Assembly (NCBI GenBank): GCA_002104945.1
Contig: MCFH01000018.1
Location: 434,001-498,000, forward strand
Source: Piromyces finnis finn
Lineage: Eukaryota > Fungi > Neocallimastigomycota
Length of the DNA stretch: 64,000 bases
Reading direction: 5' to 3'
Shown here: positions 13,109-26,206 of the stretch, piece by piece
How the letters are laid out: each line of letters begins with the position of its first letter
How positions within the stretch are numbered: the stretch's first letter is position 1
Notes under the pieces: generated by a model
Seen by the model: the letters and a program-made list of their open reading frames with translations, nothing else
Told to the model about the DNA's origin: nothing
Databases searched by the model: none
Made by a program: the position numbers and the translations under genes

Positions 13109-14076
13109 TTGTTTGAATTATAAATTTTTTAGAAAAAAAAATGGTGACTTTATAAAAATTTTTATAAATCCGTATACTTTAATAATCTACTTTATATTAT
13201 CTATATAATTCTATTTATTTTATTAAAAATATTATTGTTTTTTACTTTTTCTTAATTATATAAAAAAAAAGTTTTTCCTTTTTTCATTTTTAATTCTATA
13301 TTTGTACTAGAATACTAAAACTCAAAAAATAAAAAGTAATGAGGATGATAAATATTAAAATTCAAAAATTATAAAGTTAAATATCAAATAGAATAAAATA
13401 ATGAAATAACAAAGAAACAAAATTTTAATATATCAATTAATAATTTTATTTGTCAAAAAAATAATTAAACATATAAATGGAAAACACACCAATGTTTAAA
13501 AATCATTAGATAGATAATGAAAAAATAAATAAAATAAAATATAATAAAATATAAAATAAAATTTATATTTATAATATTTATAATTATATCAAGTTTATTT
13601 AAAAAAAGAAAGAAAGAAAGAAAGAGTAAAAGAAAAAAGAAAAAAATAAAAAAAAAAATAATAAAAAATATAATTCTTATAATAATTTGGGATGGGAGAC
13701 ATTTAACAAATAATTTTTTAAACTTAACAACCTCTAAATTCTTTTTAAATATTAAAAAAGTGTATAGCTCTTGTTTATTTTTTATTTTATATTTTTATTT
13801 TTATTATTCAATAAATATATTATCTATGTTTCTTAAATACAAAAAACATTTATACTGTTGCTTTCATGATGATGATTGCACGTACATATATATAAATAAA
13901 TGTTACTGATAGAAATGAATGATAATAAAAAAATATATAAAACTTTTATAAATATTTTTTTAAACTATTATTTATTGTTATTGATAAAATAAAAATTCAT
14001 TACTATTGTATATTATTATTTGTTTTATATATCTTTACTAATTTATTCCTAATTTTTACATTTCTAAATTAATAAT

Positions 14077-14212
14077 TTAAATTGGTAAAATAGAACGAGT
14101 CATTCTTGATAAACTTGATGTTCCATTTGGAAGATAAGTAAAAACAAACCAAAGCAAAGCTAATAATTGAATTATACTTGCTAATATTGTCCAAATTAAA
14201 CTGCTTTTCTAT

Positions 14213-14243
<31 letters not shown>

Positions 14244-15304
14244 TTAGTTGATATAATTTATATATATATATATTATGCATGGTATTAAAATATAAAAAGT
14301 TATTTTAATATTAGTAATTAATTACAATAAAGAATTAAAAAGTTATGTTCTATAAGAAAATATAAAAAATAGAAATAAAAAAAAAACTTACAATTATAGC
14401 AGCATATAAAGACAATAACATTGATAATATGTATATTATAGTATATGGAATTCTTTCTTTTGCAAGAAGACTTTTTAATTGAGTTTTTGGACCATTTAAA
14501 ATACCAAAACTAGTTTTATTTTAATTGTATTTTATATTTTGATATTATATAAATGTAAATATAGAAAAAATATTCGATATTTTATAAAAAGTATTTATTA
14601 ATAAACCATTGAATATAATGTTTTAATTTAAAATGCAACAATATAAATATATGAATAAATTTACCTTAGCATAACTAATACACTTCCAAATGTAAAGAGG
14701 GCAGCAAATTTCTTTGGATTTAATAATGATAATGAAAATATTGACTATTTATTTATAGATATCATAAATGAAAAATGTGTATAAAAAAAAAAGATGTTAT
14801 TACTACATTCACACTTTTTTTTTAGTTGTTTTTTTTTTTTAATTACTTACAAGAATAAAGCAAAGAGCACCAGCTCCACAGAAAATTAAAAATGTTACCT
14901 ATTTATATATACATTAATTATATATTAATTTTACAAATAGCATTTTGTTTATATATTTTTTGTTTTAATAAATATTTTTGTTGTTGTTGCTACTATCATT
15001 ATTTTAAAATAATGATTATAATAGTTTAAACAATAAATTTTTAAATATTTACATAACGTTGAAATCTTGATAATCCAAATGGATTGTCATCTTCTTCTTC
15101 ATTTCCTCCAAAACCAAAATTAGATAAACCATCACTTGCACGAGCTCTTAAATTACCTAAAAGTGAAGTATTTTCTTCATTATCAGAATTAGAATTTCTC
15201 CCTAGACCCAATCTTGAAAACCAACTACCGCCATTATTATTATTACTAGTTCCAAAAGATTGAAAACTATTTAAAGAATCTCTAAATGCTTGTTCCGCTG
15301 ACAT
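14077..15304 (-). CDS. SFT2: SFT2/Got1-family vesicle-transport membrane protein, ~5 exons
   Basis: Exon 1 ORF (...DDNPFGLSRFQR) continues through exons encoding FLIFCGAGALCFIL, SIFSLSLLNPKKFAALFTFGSVLVMLS, FGILNGPKTQLKSLLAKERIPYT and ...LLWFVFTYLPNGTSSL...PI*. These match the SFT2 PxKFA, GP..L...ERxP and Y.PxG motifs. Confidence 0.88.
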
Positions 15305-16622
15305 TTATATCTTTCTTTATGTATTTTTTTTTTCTTTTTTATTTTATTTTATTTTTTCAAATTATTTTAGTAGGGATAAAGTTACAATTATCGTAATAAT
15401 TTCTTTGGATATATATTCTTTTTATATATATTTTTATTGTTATTATTATTATTATTATTAAATTTGATTTATTTTTTTAAAAAAAATAATAAAAATAAAA
15501 ATTAAAAAAAGTTCTTTTTTTTAAAAAAATGGAAAGAATAACTTTTATTTTTATATTTTATCTTTTTTTTTTTTTTTTTTAGTTTTAGTTTATTTTTTAT
15601 GTAAGAGAAGAGTTAACTTTTTCTTCTTTTTAACTATTTATTTACCTTTTTTTAATATATTAAAAATTTTTTAAAAATTAAAATAAACAATATTTTCATA
15701 TTTATTTTTCAGTATCCACGTGAATAAATGATTTAACAGAATAAAAATATGATTTAATTCTATAAATAATAATCTATAACCATAATTTATTTATTATATA
15801 TTTTATCTTCTATTTATGGATGGCAAAAAAAGTACTTTTATATCAATAATAATTAAATGGTAAGGAATGTATTAATTATGGGTCATATCTTTTTGAGATT
15901 AAACTATATTAAAGTTTTTTTTTTAAAAAAAATACTTTATTATAATAATAATAACGTTAAATGAATTAATCATATCTAAAAATTCTATATATCTTATTTT
16001 TTTTTTTTTAAATAAAAATTAATTAATAGTATGATTAATTCATTTAATTATCAAAACCTTAATAGACATATACATATTTAATAGATAATACACTTTACAT
16101 AAAATAATAATAATAGAAAGGATAATTGAAAAACCACAATTTTATTTTTAGTATATTTAAAGTTGATGATGTAGGAAAAGAATAATAAATAAGCATTTTA
16201 ATATGATTTGAGCTAAATTATAATTATATTTTTCTTTTTTTTAGTATTTATAGTTTACTTTATTATTTTGTATCATAAATTAAATTCACTATATTATCGT
16301 TAATATGTATCTTTCAGTGGTTAAAGACATTTGTATCACTATAAAACATTTTTTTACAAAGTAAAAAAAAAAAAAATTAAAAAATGAAAACTAAAATACT
16401 TTTTTTTTTTTTACTTTTTTATTAGTTTCAAATAAAAAAAATTTAAATAAAATTAAAAAAAAAAAAAAATAAATTATTATTTTATTATAATGAAGTGTTG
16501 AATAAATTAGAGAATTTTGTTAATTTAGTAAATTAGAAATAGAAATCATAAAGTTACTTATTAATATACATTACATCACAATTTTTAAAAACTATCAAAT
16601 AACATAATTAAACTATATAATA

Positions 16623-19600
16623 ATGGCTTCATCAACAGCATGGAAAGAATTGTTATTAAAGAAAAAAAAGGTTTATTAATTGTCATAATTCGTATTAATA
16701 AAAGAAAATATTTATACTCATTAATTAAATTAATATATAAAAAAAAATTGAAAATTTAATACCCTAACAATTACAAACAATATCTTATTTGATTTTACAT
16801 TTTCTAAATTATTCATTAGACAAACAATAAAGATACATTAATTGATGATAATGATGAATATTTCAGATTTGTAAGAAACATATTTAAAAAGAAATAATTA
16901 TTATATTTAATATTAACTAAAAATATAATAATAATAATAAAATAATTAATTTTTTTCCTTATTATTTCTTTTAATAATATGATCACAAAATATTATAAAA
17001 GTGTAAAATATCTGGTAGTCAACGTCATTATTCTGCATTACTTTCAAAATTTATTTATCAATTGATTGAATCCGAAAAAATTTATAATGAAACTTTAGAT
17101 ACCGCATTAAATGTATTTTTCTTTTTTCATCCTAATTTACTCGATATATACTTAAAAAAATAATATAAATCAGTATATTATTTAAATTAACATAAGTAAA
17201 CTTTAATATTAGGCATGTATGCATTTATCCGATATTAAAAATGTTGGATTCGAAGAATTTCTTGAAAGATTAACACTACTAAAAAATAGTTGCCAAGAGA
17301 TTCTCGCAGTAAATATCAACTTTTTTTTTAATATATATATATATATCATAAATTAAAAGATTTTTTTTTATTAACATAATTCATTATTTATTTTATTCAT
17401 TTACAATTTCGAAATAAAAAAAAAAGTCTATGCAAAATAAAAATGATGAAAAAATATTTATTAATTACATTACCTCAGCTGTAATATATATATATATTAA
17501 TATTATAAAATAGCATTCTAATTAATAATTTAATAATATGATTATTTATACTTAATATTATATACAAAAATATTTTTAACATTATTAAAATGTATAAAAG
17601 ACATTTTATAAAATTTATCAAGATTATATTTCACATTTTAATAGTGATCTTATAAAAATTCAAAAAGCAAAAAATGAAAATTCAAGATTACAAATTCAGC
17701 TTAAAGTATATTATCATTATACCATTATATTTTTTTTATCACATAAATAATTTTTTTTTAAATATCAAATAAAAATTAAAACGAAAAAATCTAAATATAT
17801 CAATTTATATTTGACTTATTTTTTTTTATATATTAGGATATTGATTTATATTTGAATGCACCATTCAGAAGAATATTCTTCTATAGAGCAATTTATTGGG
17901 TAAAGAAAGAAAAAAAAACATATAAAATATATTTATTTTTTATAAAGAAAATTTAAATCTATTAAAACTAAATCTAATAATATATTAATTTATTCCTTAC
18001 CTTTCTTTTTACCATATATCAATTTAATATATATATATATAAAAGAATATTTTAAGATGTAAAAATCAAAAAACAAAAATAGACGATAATAAAATTATTC
18101 ACTCTTTAAATTCTTTAGTTAATAGTATTTTAAAATGTAAAGAAGAATTACATATTGAAAATGATGATTTTATGAGAATTGCAAAATTCGAACAAGATTT
18201 AGATTCATCTAAAGTTAGTGTTAATGGAGAATCAATGGTATGTATTATTAAAAATAATAATAATAACAATTAGAAAAAAAAAGTTTTTTTTCACTATTCT
18301 TATTTTTTCTCTTCTTTTATTTTTTAATCATTTTTATTTCGAAAATTAATAAACTTTTTTTCTACTATACTAATAAAAAAAATAGACTATATTTACTTAT
18401 TTATGTAATGGAATAAATACATCACCAATAGAAAATACACCAAATATCATTAATACTTATAGTTTAGAAAAAATTACAATTAATAATTCAGATTATGAAA
18501 AATCGACTAAAGAAAATGTTATGGTAACTGTATTTTCTGACTTTTTAATTATTACTAAAGATATCCAAAAAAGTAATAAAGATAATTTAAAAAGTCAATT
18601 AGTATATCCACCAATTCCATTAAAAGAAGTATCCATCACCGAAAGAAAAGTACCAAAACATTTACAAAAATATAATCATTTAGATAATGGCTTTGATAGT
18701 ATAAAATTAAAAAATGAAGATATCAGTTCATTAAACTATACTGACTTTCTTTTTGAATTAAGATGTACCAATCCACAAATTTTTATTGTTCTTCAAACAG
18801 AAAATGATAATGATCGTGAAACATTCATTAATTCTATTATTATGCAAAGAAATTATATATTAAATGATAATCATGGTATTTAATATCATTTTAATTTTAT
18901 TTTTTTTTAATTATACTATATATATGTAGTAATATAAAGTTAGTTAATAATATTTCTTTTTTCATTTATTAATCAACTATAAAAAATTATTTTATAGAAA
19001 TTTATTTTGATAATATAGGTCAGGTAATCGTTTCTTCTACTAAACCAAAGGTTCCACAGGTAAATTTTCAAAATTATTAAAATTTTACTTTTTTTTTCTA
19101 CTCTTTTCATTATCTAATAAAATTATTTATATATAACTTATATATTTTAAAAAAAAAGATTAGCATTGAAGGTGAACCATTATCAACTAGAGGAATGAAA
19201 ATAAATGGAAATGATAATAGAAAAAGTATTTCTAATATGTCAATTGAAGTTGAGAATCCCATTAATGAAAGTAATGAAAACAATAATGAAAATATTGATA
19301 TTGGTGGTTTTACCGATAGAAATGATATGATTCTCACCGAAGATTTATCTAAATTTAATAATACAACCATTTTCCAAGCAATTTGTTCCCCATATTACTT
19401 CAAACAAAATGAATGGATAAAGATGCCAAGATCAATTTTATGTATTAATCAAAATACCGATGGAAGAAACTTTATTACATTGAATGCATCTGCTACTGGT
19501 CGTATTCTTTTAAATGAATATATATGTCCTGATTCGGTAATTAAACAATCCTCTAAAAATGAAAATGTAATTCAAATTAAAACCAAAAGTAGAGGTCTTT

Positions 19601-22239
19601 TCAGTATTAGATTTAGTAAAAATGATACACCAGCCTATACTACTCTTTTAAACTTTTCTAAAAATTTAATTAAGGATTCCATCATATGGACGTATGAAAA
19701 GAAGGAAGAACTCTTTTTAATTGAGAATACACCATCTCTTGATGAAACCTACGATTTAGTCATTAAAAATAATATTGAGGATACCTCTAATTCTTTTAAA
19801 TTATATTGTGAGAAAACCACTAAATATGAAATAGTAGATCATTTATATGTTAAAGAAGGTAACAATTGGATTTCCTTAGGTCTCTCCAAAATCAGTATTG
19901 TCATTCCAAATTACATTATGGAAAATGATATTGAAAATTCAGAAAATATGAATGAAATGGAACTTTTATCCCAAAATTCAATTGAACCCATTATCACAGC
20001 TCATTCATTAACAGACATTAAAAAACCTGGTTCAATACAATCATTGTTAATGTGTTTCCTTCGTGCACCAATTAACCAAGATTGTATTATTCTTAAAAAT
20101 AAAAATATTCATGATGATAATGTTTATGAACTTAATTTCATGTTTGAAGAAAAGATTTACGAATATATGATATACTCCAAAAAAACAGATAATTCTTTAG
20201 CCTTTGTTTCAGAATATATTAATAAGTTGTCTAATTATTACTCTAAAATATTAGAAGAGGAAAAATACGATCCAGAATTCTTTACTAATCCAGATATTTT
20301 AGTTGGAGATACAGAAAATCAAGAATCCGAAGAACAAGACAATAATTCTATTGATAATAACAGTAATTCCAAGGATGAAGAAAAAGAGGGATTTGAAGGA
20401 GAAAGGGTGGAAGAAGAAGAAGAAAATGAGAATGAGGATGAGGATGAATCAGCTAGTGAGAGAAGTAACAGTATAGCTATAAAAGAAAACTTGTTAGCTA
20501 ACTTTACTTTTATGACGACTAGTGAAAAACCACCATTAATTGGTCAAAGTACTGAAAGTCCACAAACTCAAACTCCTCAAACATTCCTATTTGATATGAA
20601 TGACTTTTCAAGTAATGATAAATCAACAGAAAATGAAAAAGATCAAAATTCAGCATCTATTTTCTCAGGATTTACCCTTTCTTCATCAATAAAACAAAAT
20701 GAAAATATAAGTGAAAATAATTCTAATGATCAATTAGCATTACCTCTACTCAGCACCAAGCAAAAGTTTGTTGTACCAGCATTGAATGCCAACACCTTTG
20801 AATTTTCCTTTAATTCAACTACTAAAAAAGAAACATCTTCCACAACTACTAATCCATTATTTGGAAATATGGCTACCACCACCACTACTACTACTACAAC
20901 TGCTAATCCATTATTTGGAAATATAGCTACCACCACTACTACAAATTCTAATCCATTATTTAATAATAAACCAGGACTCTTTGGAAATACTACAAATACA
21001 TTGATATTTGATAATACAAAAAGCTTTGAATTCAACTTTTCTTCTAACAAAAAACAAGCTCAACCTCAAAATACAACTGAACCTATCGTTACTGAAAAAC
21101 CACTTGAGAAGAATGAAATAGTAGCAGAAGAAGAAACCAAGAGTGTTGAAAAGAATGAAGTAGTAGAAGAAAAAGAAACCATAAATGAAATTAATGAAAA
21201 TTGTGTTAATGAAGAAGCTTCAACCAAAATTGAAAATCAAAATACAACTGAAGTTATAATGGAAAAAGAAAATGATTCTGTATTAAATGTTCCTTCTGAA
21301 ACCAAAGATTCTGAAAAGAAAGAAGATTCATACGTTAATGAATCATCAAATAATGAAAAAGAAGAAGAAAAAGAAGAAAAAGAATCTAATGAAAGTAAAT
21401 CACTACCACTTTATAATGATGATATCAATGAAATTAAAAAAGAAAATCATATTAAATATAATTATCCAGAAGAAGTAAATGTTAGTACTAGTGGTACACT
21501 TTTCGATGTATCTGAACCATATAATGAAGTTAAAAGAGAATCTAAACTTAAAAAACAAACCATTTTTAATGATACTCCAACAACAATGGATACCAATGAA
21601 CAACTCATATCCTTCAAATATCATCAATTTATTCGTTCATGTGACGATCTTGTTATTAGTGTCAATAAAATAGAAATTCCAATTAGAGAATTTTCATTAG
21701 ATAGTAGCGACAGAACAAAGGATATAATGAAAGATTCCATTGCTAATCTTAAATTTGAAATCAACAAAATACGTTCTATTTTTAATGATTCAGATACCTC
21801 CATCATCACCTATTGCGAAGAAGAATCACCAAAATCTAATGAGAATCTTACCTCCAAAACAAGTATGCTAAAAAAATCAAAAAGTACTACAGAATTTGAA
21901 ATGAAATTTTTATTTAATGATTGTAAAAAAAATAAAACAACCGAAGTTGAAGAAAGTGACAATAAAAAATTATCCATTCAAAAGTACATTGATAATTACA
22001 AGAACTCGATTCAAAACCCTGATAATAAAATAAAACTCTCTGTAAAAGAAGAAATAAAATCATCAACTATTAAAGAAGAACGTGATGTAAAAACAAACAA
22101 GGTAGCTGATATCATTTTAACCATCAATAATAATATGAATACATGTCAAACATCATTAACTGTTAAAAAGGAAGAAGGTTGTATTACTCAAAATTACGTT
22201 GATAAAATGACAAAAGAATTTATGATGAAAGGTATATAT

Positions 22240-22271
<32 letters not shown>

Positions 22272-23142
22272 CTAATAATTTAATTACTAATTATTAAATT
22301 TATATATAATATCTTTTTCAGAATTAAATAATAATAGTAGTAGTAGTAGTAGTAATAATAATAGTAATGGTAACAAGATAAATACTAATAACACCAATTC
22401 ACTATTAGAAAAAGGATCAAAAGTAAAATGTCTCAGATTATCACCAGCCATAGATGAAAATTTAACTAATGAGGAATTATTATCAGTATACATTAAAAGT
22501 TTAAGACCAGTGAAAAGGCAAGAAAATAATAAAGTAAATAATGAAAATAATGTGAAAGAAAAATCATATTATCAAACCAATGAGGATAGATATAAGATTA
22601 GCGGTAGAAGTGTTAGTTCCAGTATCATTAGTAGTAGTATGGATTCTATCACCTCCTATTATAAATATGTTGAAAATGGCAAGATTGAAATGACCTCCAC
22701 AGGAAATATGAATATGAATGAAGCCTTTGATCTTGTTAGATATAAAATTAAGATTTTAAGAAAACAACTAGATATTGAACGTAGAGCAAGAGAAGATATA
22801 ACAGAGGATTACTTAGCCTTAAGAGAAGAACTTAGAGAATTAATAAAAAAAACAGAATTACTCAATGAAAGTTTTATTATGGAAAGAGAAGCTGGTATGG
22901 AAAAAGACGATTATATTCAATTATTAGAAGAAAAAATAAAAATGTATGAAAATACAATCCAAAGACATAACGAAACCTATCCAGATGATAATATTCCATT
23001 AATTGAAAATGATACAGTACTAGAATTCCTTCAAAATAATCAAGCAGTCGAAGAAGATACAGAAAATTCTAGTGTTATTGAAACTTCTAGTCAAAGTGAA
23101 AGTAATAATGAAAGTTGTCAAACAAAAAGTGACACAGAATAA
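16623..23142 (+). CDS. Large multidomain protein: degenerate DH(RhoGEF)-PH N-terminus, two RanBD/EVH1-like PH-fold segments, FG-like repeats, acidic low-complexity region and C-terminal coiled coil
   Basis: Small exons at ~16623-18240 encode 'FIYQLIESEKIYNETL' and 'YLNAPFRRIFFY' (DH-like). ORF 18521 (PH-like) splices in frame via 19019-19059 and 19159 into ORF 19195, which splices (22231/22322) into ORF 22510. The 3' junction phases were checked; the 5' small exons are approximate. Confidence 0.6.
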
Positions 23143-24023
23143 AAATAAATAATTAAAAAATTTTTATATATAATATATATTTGAAAAATAAATATACTAG
23201 TTTATTAATAATAATAACAAAAAAAAAGTCTAAATATTTGTTCAATATATTGTAATTGAATTCCTATTAATAGATTTGATAAACAAAAACATTTTTTTTA
23301 AAAAAAAAAATAAAATATTTTACCATATAAAATAATTTTTTAAAAATAGTATTAATTTCTATTTCATCGTTTTTGCTTTTCTTTATTTTTTAATAATTAT
23401 ATTATAATGTTTTCTATTCTATAAATTACTTATCCTTCTTAAAGTATTCCATAAAATTAATAAAGAAATAATAATAAACCTAACTATATTCCATTGTTTT
23501 AACAATTTATTTACACTTTTTTAATATTATAACCATATAAGTATATAAATTAATAAATAGATTAATACTATTAGTATTAATAAAATATTAAACACAAACA
23601 GGGAAAAAAAAATCATTTTTTATATAAAATTAAATATTTTTTATTAAATTAGTTTTTAATTATTTATAGATAAAAATTGTTTTTTTTTTAAATTTAAATG
23701 AATAAATAGATAGATAGTAATAGATACAAAATACAATTATTATTAACTTAAGATTATGATTCTATTAATTTAATAATAATGAAAATATAATTAATTTTTA
23801 TATTTTTAAAAAATAAAGTTTTCTTTCTTCATTTTTAAATGTTATTAATGTATAATTTATGATTTATATATTTGCTAATATTGGGTATTTATGAATATAA
23901 TTATTATTAGTTATGAATTATGTTTTGTTTTATATTTAATGCTTTAATAATATTAATATTATAATATTAATATTATTTTATAATTGAATATTTTAATGGT
24001 TAATTGAATGATGAATTTAATAT

Positions 24024-25526
24024 TTAGTTTAATAACTTTTGTTGCTTATTTTGTTGTTTAAGAGTATCTATTACTTTATAAATTCTATCTAATGATAAAT
24101 TGAGCTCATCTTGTTCAACTGCAAAACATATTCTGAACCAATTTCTTTCCGATTCTTTATCTTCACTGAAAAAGGCTTGACTTGGTGAAATGTAAATTCC
24201 TCCTTCTAATAATTTCATCCATAAATCAAATTCATTGAGTCCGGCTTGATGAAGATCAATGTAAATGAAGAATCCCGAATCTCCTTGAACATATGGAATA
24301 TGGTGAGCATTTAATGAATTGGTTAAGTGAGTGTAGTTCTTGAGTAATTTACGATTGTTATTAATAATGAAATGATCAGTCCATTCTTGATCTGATAAAA
24401 TATTAACAAGAATATTATCAATATTAGTTGGAATACAAGTTAAGAAACAAATCTTTTGCATAGCTGCCATAACTGTTTTAGAATATGAAATGGTTACTCC
24501 GATTCTTAATCCATTTAAACAAAAGTCTTTAGAAAATCCCCATAATCCATGAGTATTTTCTGGATCTGGAAGATCTAAAGAAAAGATGGATGTGAATTTA
24601 CTTTGTTTTCCATCAATATCACTTTCAATTCTTGGAGCATCTTTGTAGCTTTGACATTGTGAACAATGACAATGATAATCTTCAATGGTTTTACCTTCTT
24701 CAATATTTTGTTCAGTAATATCTTTCCAAGTTGAAAGTCCGTAGATTTCATCACAAATAACTATTAATCCATGTGATTTAGCAAAATTACAGAAAAGAAG
24801 AAGTTGTTCAGCACTGTAACTTCTTCCAAATGGATTGTTTGGATTAGCAATGATAATACCTTTGACTGGTTTATCAGCATTCTTTAATGCCTTTTCTAAA
24901 GCTGCTTCATCAACCTTTAAACAATCACCTTCACAATGTGGTACTGGGATGGTGTAGACTCTTGATCCATATTTAATATCAGCTTCGAAACCTCCGTAAT
25001 ATGGTCCTGGAACTAAAACGGCATCTCCATGATCAAATAAAACTTCTCCACATAAATTAAGAAGTGGTCCACATCCATTTCCTACACAAATATTTTCTTT
25101 ACTTAATAAAACTTTTGGATTGAAATGACGATTTAATAACTTGGCAACTTCTTCTCTTAATCTATCAGATCCTGGATTTGGACCATATAATAATTGTTCA
25201 GCAGTAACAGTTGAAACTTTTGGATCATTGATTTTACCTAACATTTCAACATTATTTAATTTGTTTTCGGCAGTTCCGAGATTGATAATACCATTTGGAT
25301 TTGTTTCTGGATGATATTTATTATTACGGACAATGATAATACCTTTACTTAAAAGAAATTCTTCTTTTTGAATTTCTAAAGCTCTATTGGATAACTTTGG
25401 ACCATTGAGTGGAGCATATTCAGATTTGATATTCTTTTGAATATTTGGAACTTTTAAAGATTTTTCCTTTAAGGTAATAATCTTTCTCTTTTTAGATATA
25501 ATAGGTTCGACGGTAGCAAGAGCCAT
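24024..25526 (-). CDS. ACC-synthase-like PLP-dependent aminotransferase class I/II, copy 1 (MALATV N-terminus), intronless
   Basis: Motifs YHPETNPNGIINLGTAEN, PYYGGFEAD, NPNNPFG, CDEIY, FSKDFCLNGLRIG (PLP lysine) and WFRICFA match the plant-ACS/ACCS family boxes. Confidence 0.9.
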   Translation of the reverse strand: MALATVEPIISKKRKIITLKEKSLKVPNIQKNIKSEYAPLNGPKLSNRALEIQKEEFLLSKGIIIVRNNKYHPETNPNGIINLGTAENKLNNVEMLGKINDPKVSTVTAEQLLYGPNPGSDRLREEVAKLLNRHFNPKVLLSKENICVGNGCGPLLNLCGEVLFDHGDAVLVPGPYYGGFEADIKYGSRVYTIPVPHCEGDCLKVDEAALEKALKNADKPVKGIIIANPNNPFGRSYSAEQLLLFCNFAKSHGLIVICDEIYGLSTWKDITEQNIEEGKTIEDYHCHCSQCQSYKDAPRIESDIDGKQSKFTSIFSLDLPDPENTHGLWGFSKDFCLNGLRIGVTISYSKTVMAAMQKICFLTCIPTNIDNILVNILSDQEWTDHFIINNNRKLLKNYTHLTNSLNAHHIPYVQGDSGFFIYIDLHQAGLNEFDLWMKLLEGGIYISPSQAFFSEDKESERNWFRICFAVEQDELNLSLDRIYKVIDTLKQQNKQQKLLN

Positions 25527-26171
25527 TTTTGATTCTTATTTATAATTTGTTATTTATATTCTATTAAAAATAATGACGTTTATATAAAATTTGACAGTTT
25601 TTTAAATAAAAGATAATAAAATATTTTTAATTAAAATTAAAATTTTAATTATAATTAATTTCAATGATTAAAATTCGCTTGTAATAAAAACAAAGAATTA
25701 TATAAAAAAATTCTTTTAAAATTGAAGTAATAATTTTTTAATTCTTGATTTGATGTATGTATGAATAATGAAATTATAAAATTTTGAAAATTCTTTTTCT
25801 TTATATATGAATTTTTAAAATTTTTAAATTTTGAATTTTTAATTTCATTTTTATTTTTCAATAATAAATAATTAAATTAATATATCATATATTAGATTAC
25901 ATTTAATTAATTCAATTAATATATAATTTTGTATTATCCATATATTCTATTTTTTGATTTATTAAAAGGAAAAGTTTAAAAAATTTTAACATTTCTTTAA
26001 CAAATTTAAACAGTATATTAGTTTATTTTAATCCAATTAAATGAATGAATATTTTGTAAAAATTATAGTTGATATTAGTTGATATTTAGCCAATAATATT
26101 AGAATAATTTGTTAATAATTCTTTTTAATAAATAAATTAATAAATTAATAATAAATAAATATATAAATATA

Positions 26172-26206
<35 letters not shown>

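Noticed and set aside
15717-15724. CCACGTGA (E-box/UPRE-like) upstream of SFT2, and CACGTG at ~152
   Set aside because: Single short motifs; not enough to claim regulation by the neighbouring bZIP.
25661-25861. 66-aa ORF and its mirror at 34361-34561
   Set aside because: TTG-started, low-complexity K/N/F ORFs lying over the ACS promoter; they recur only because of the palindrome.
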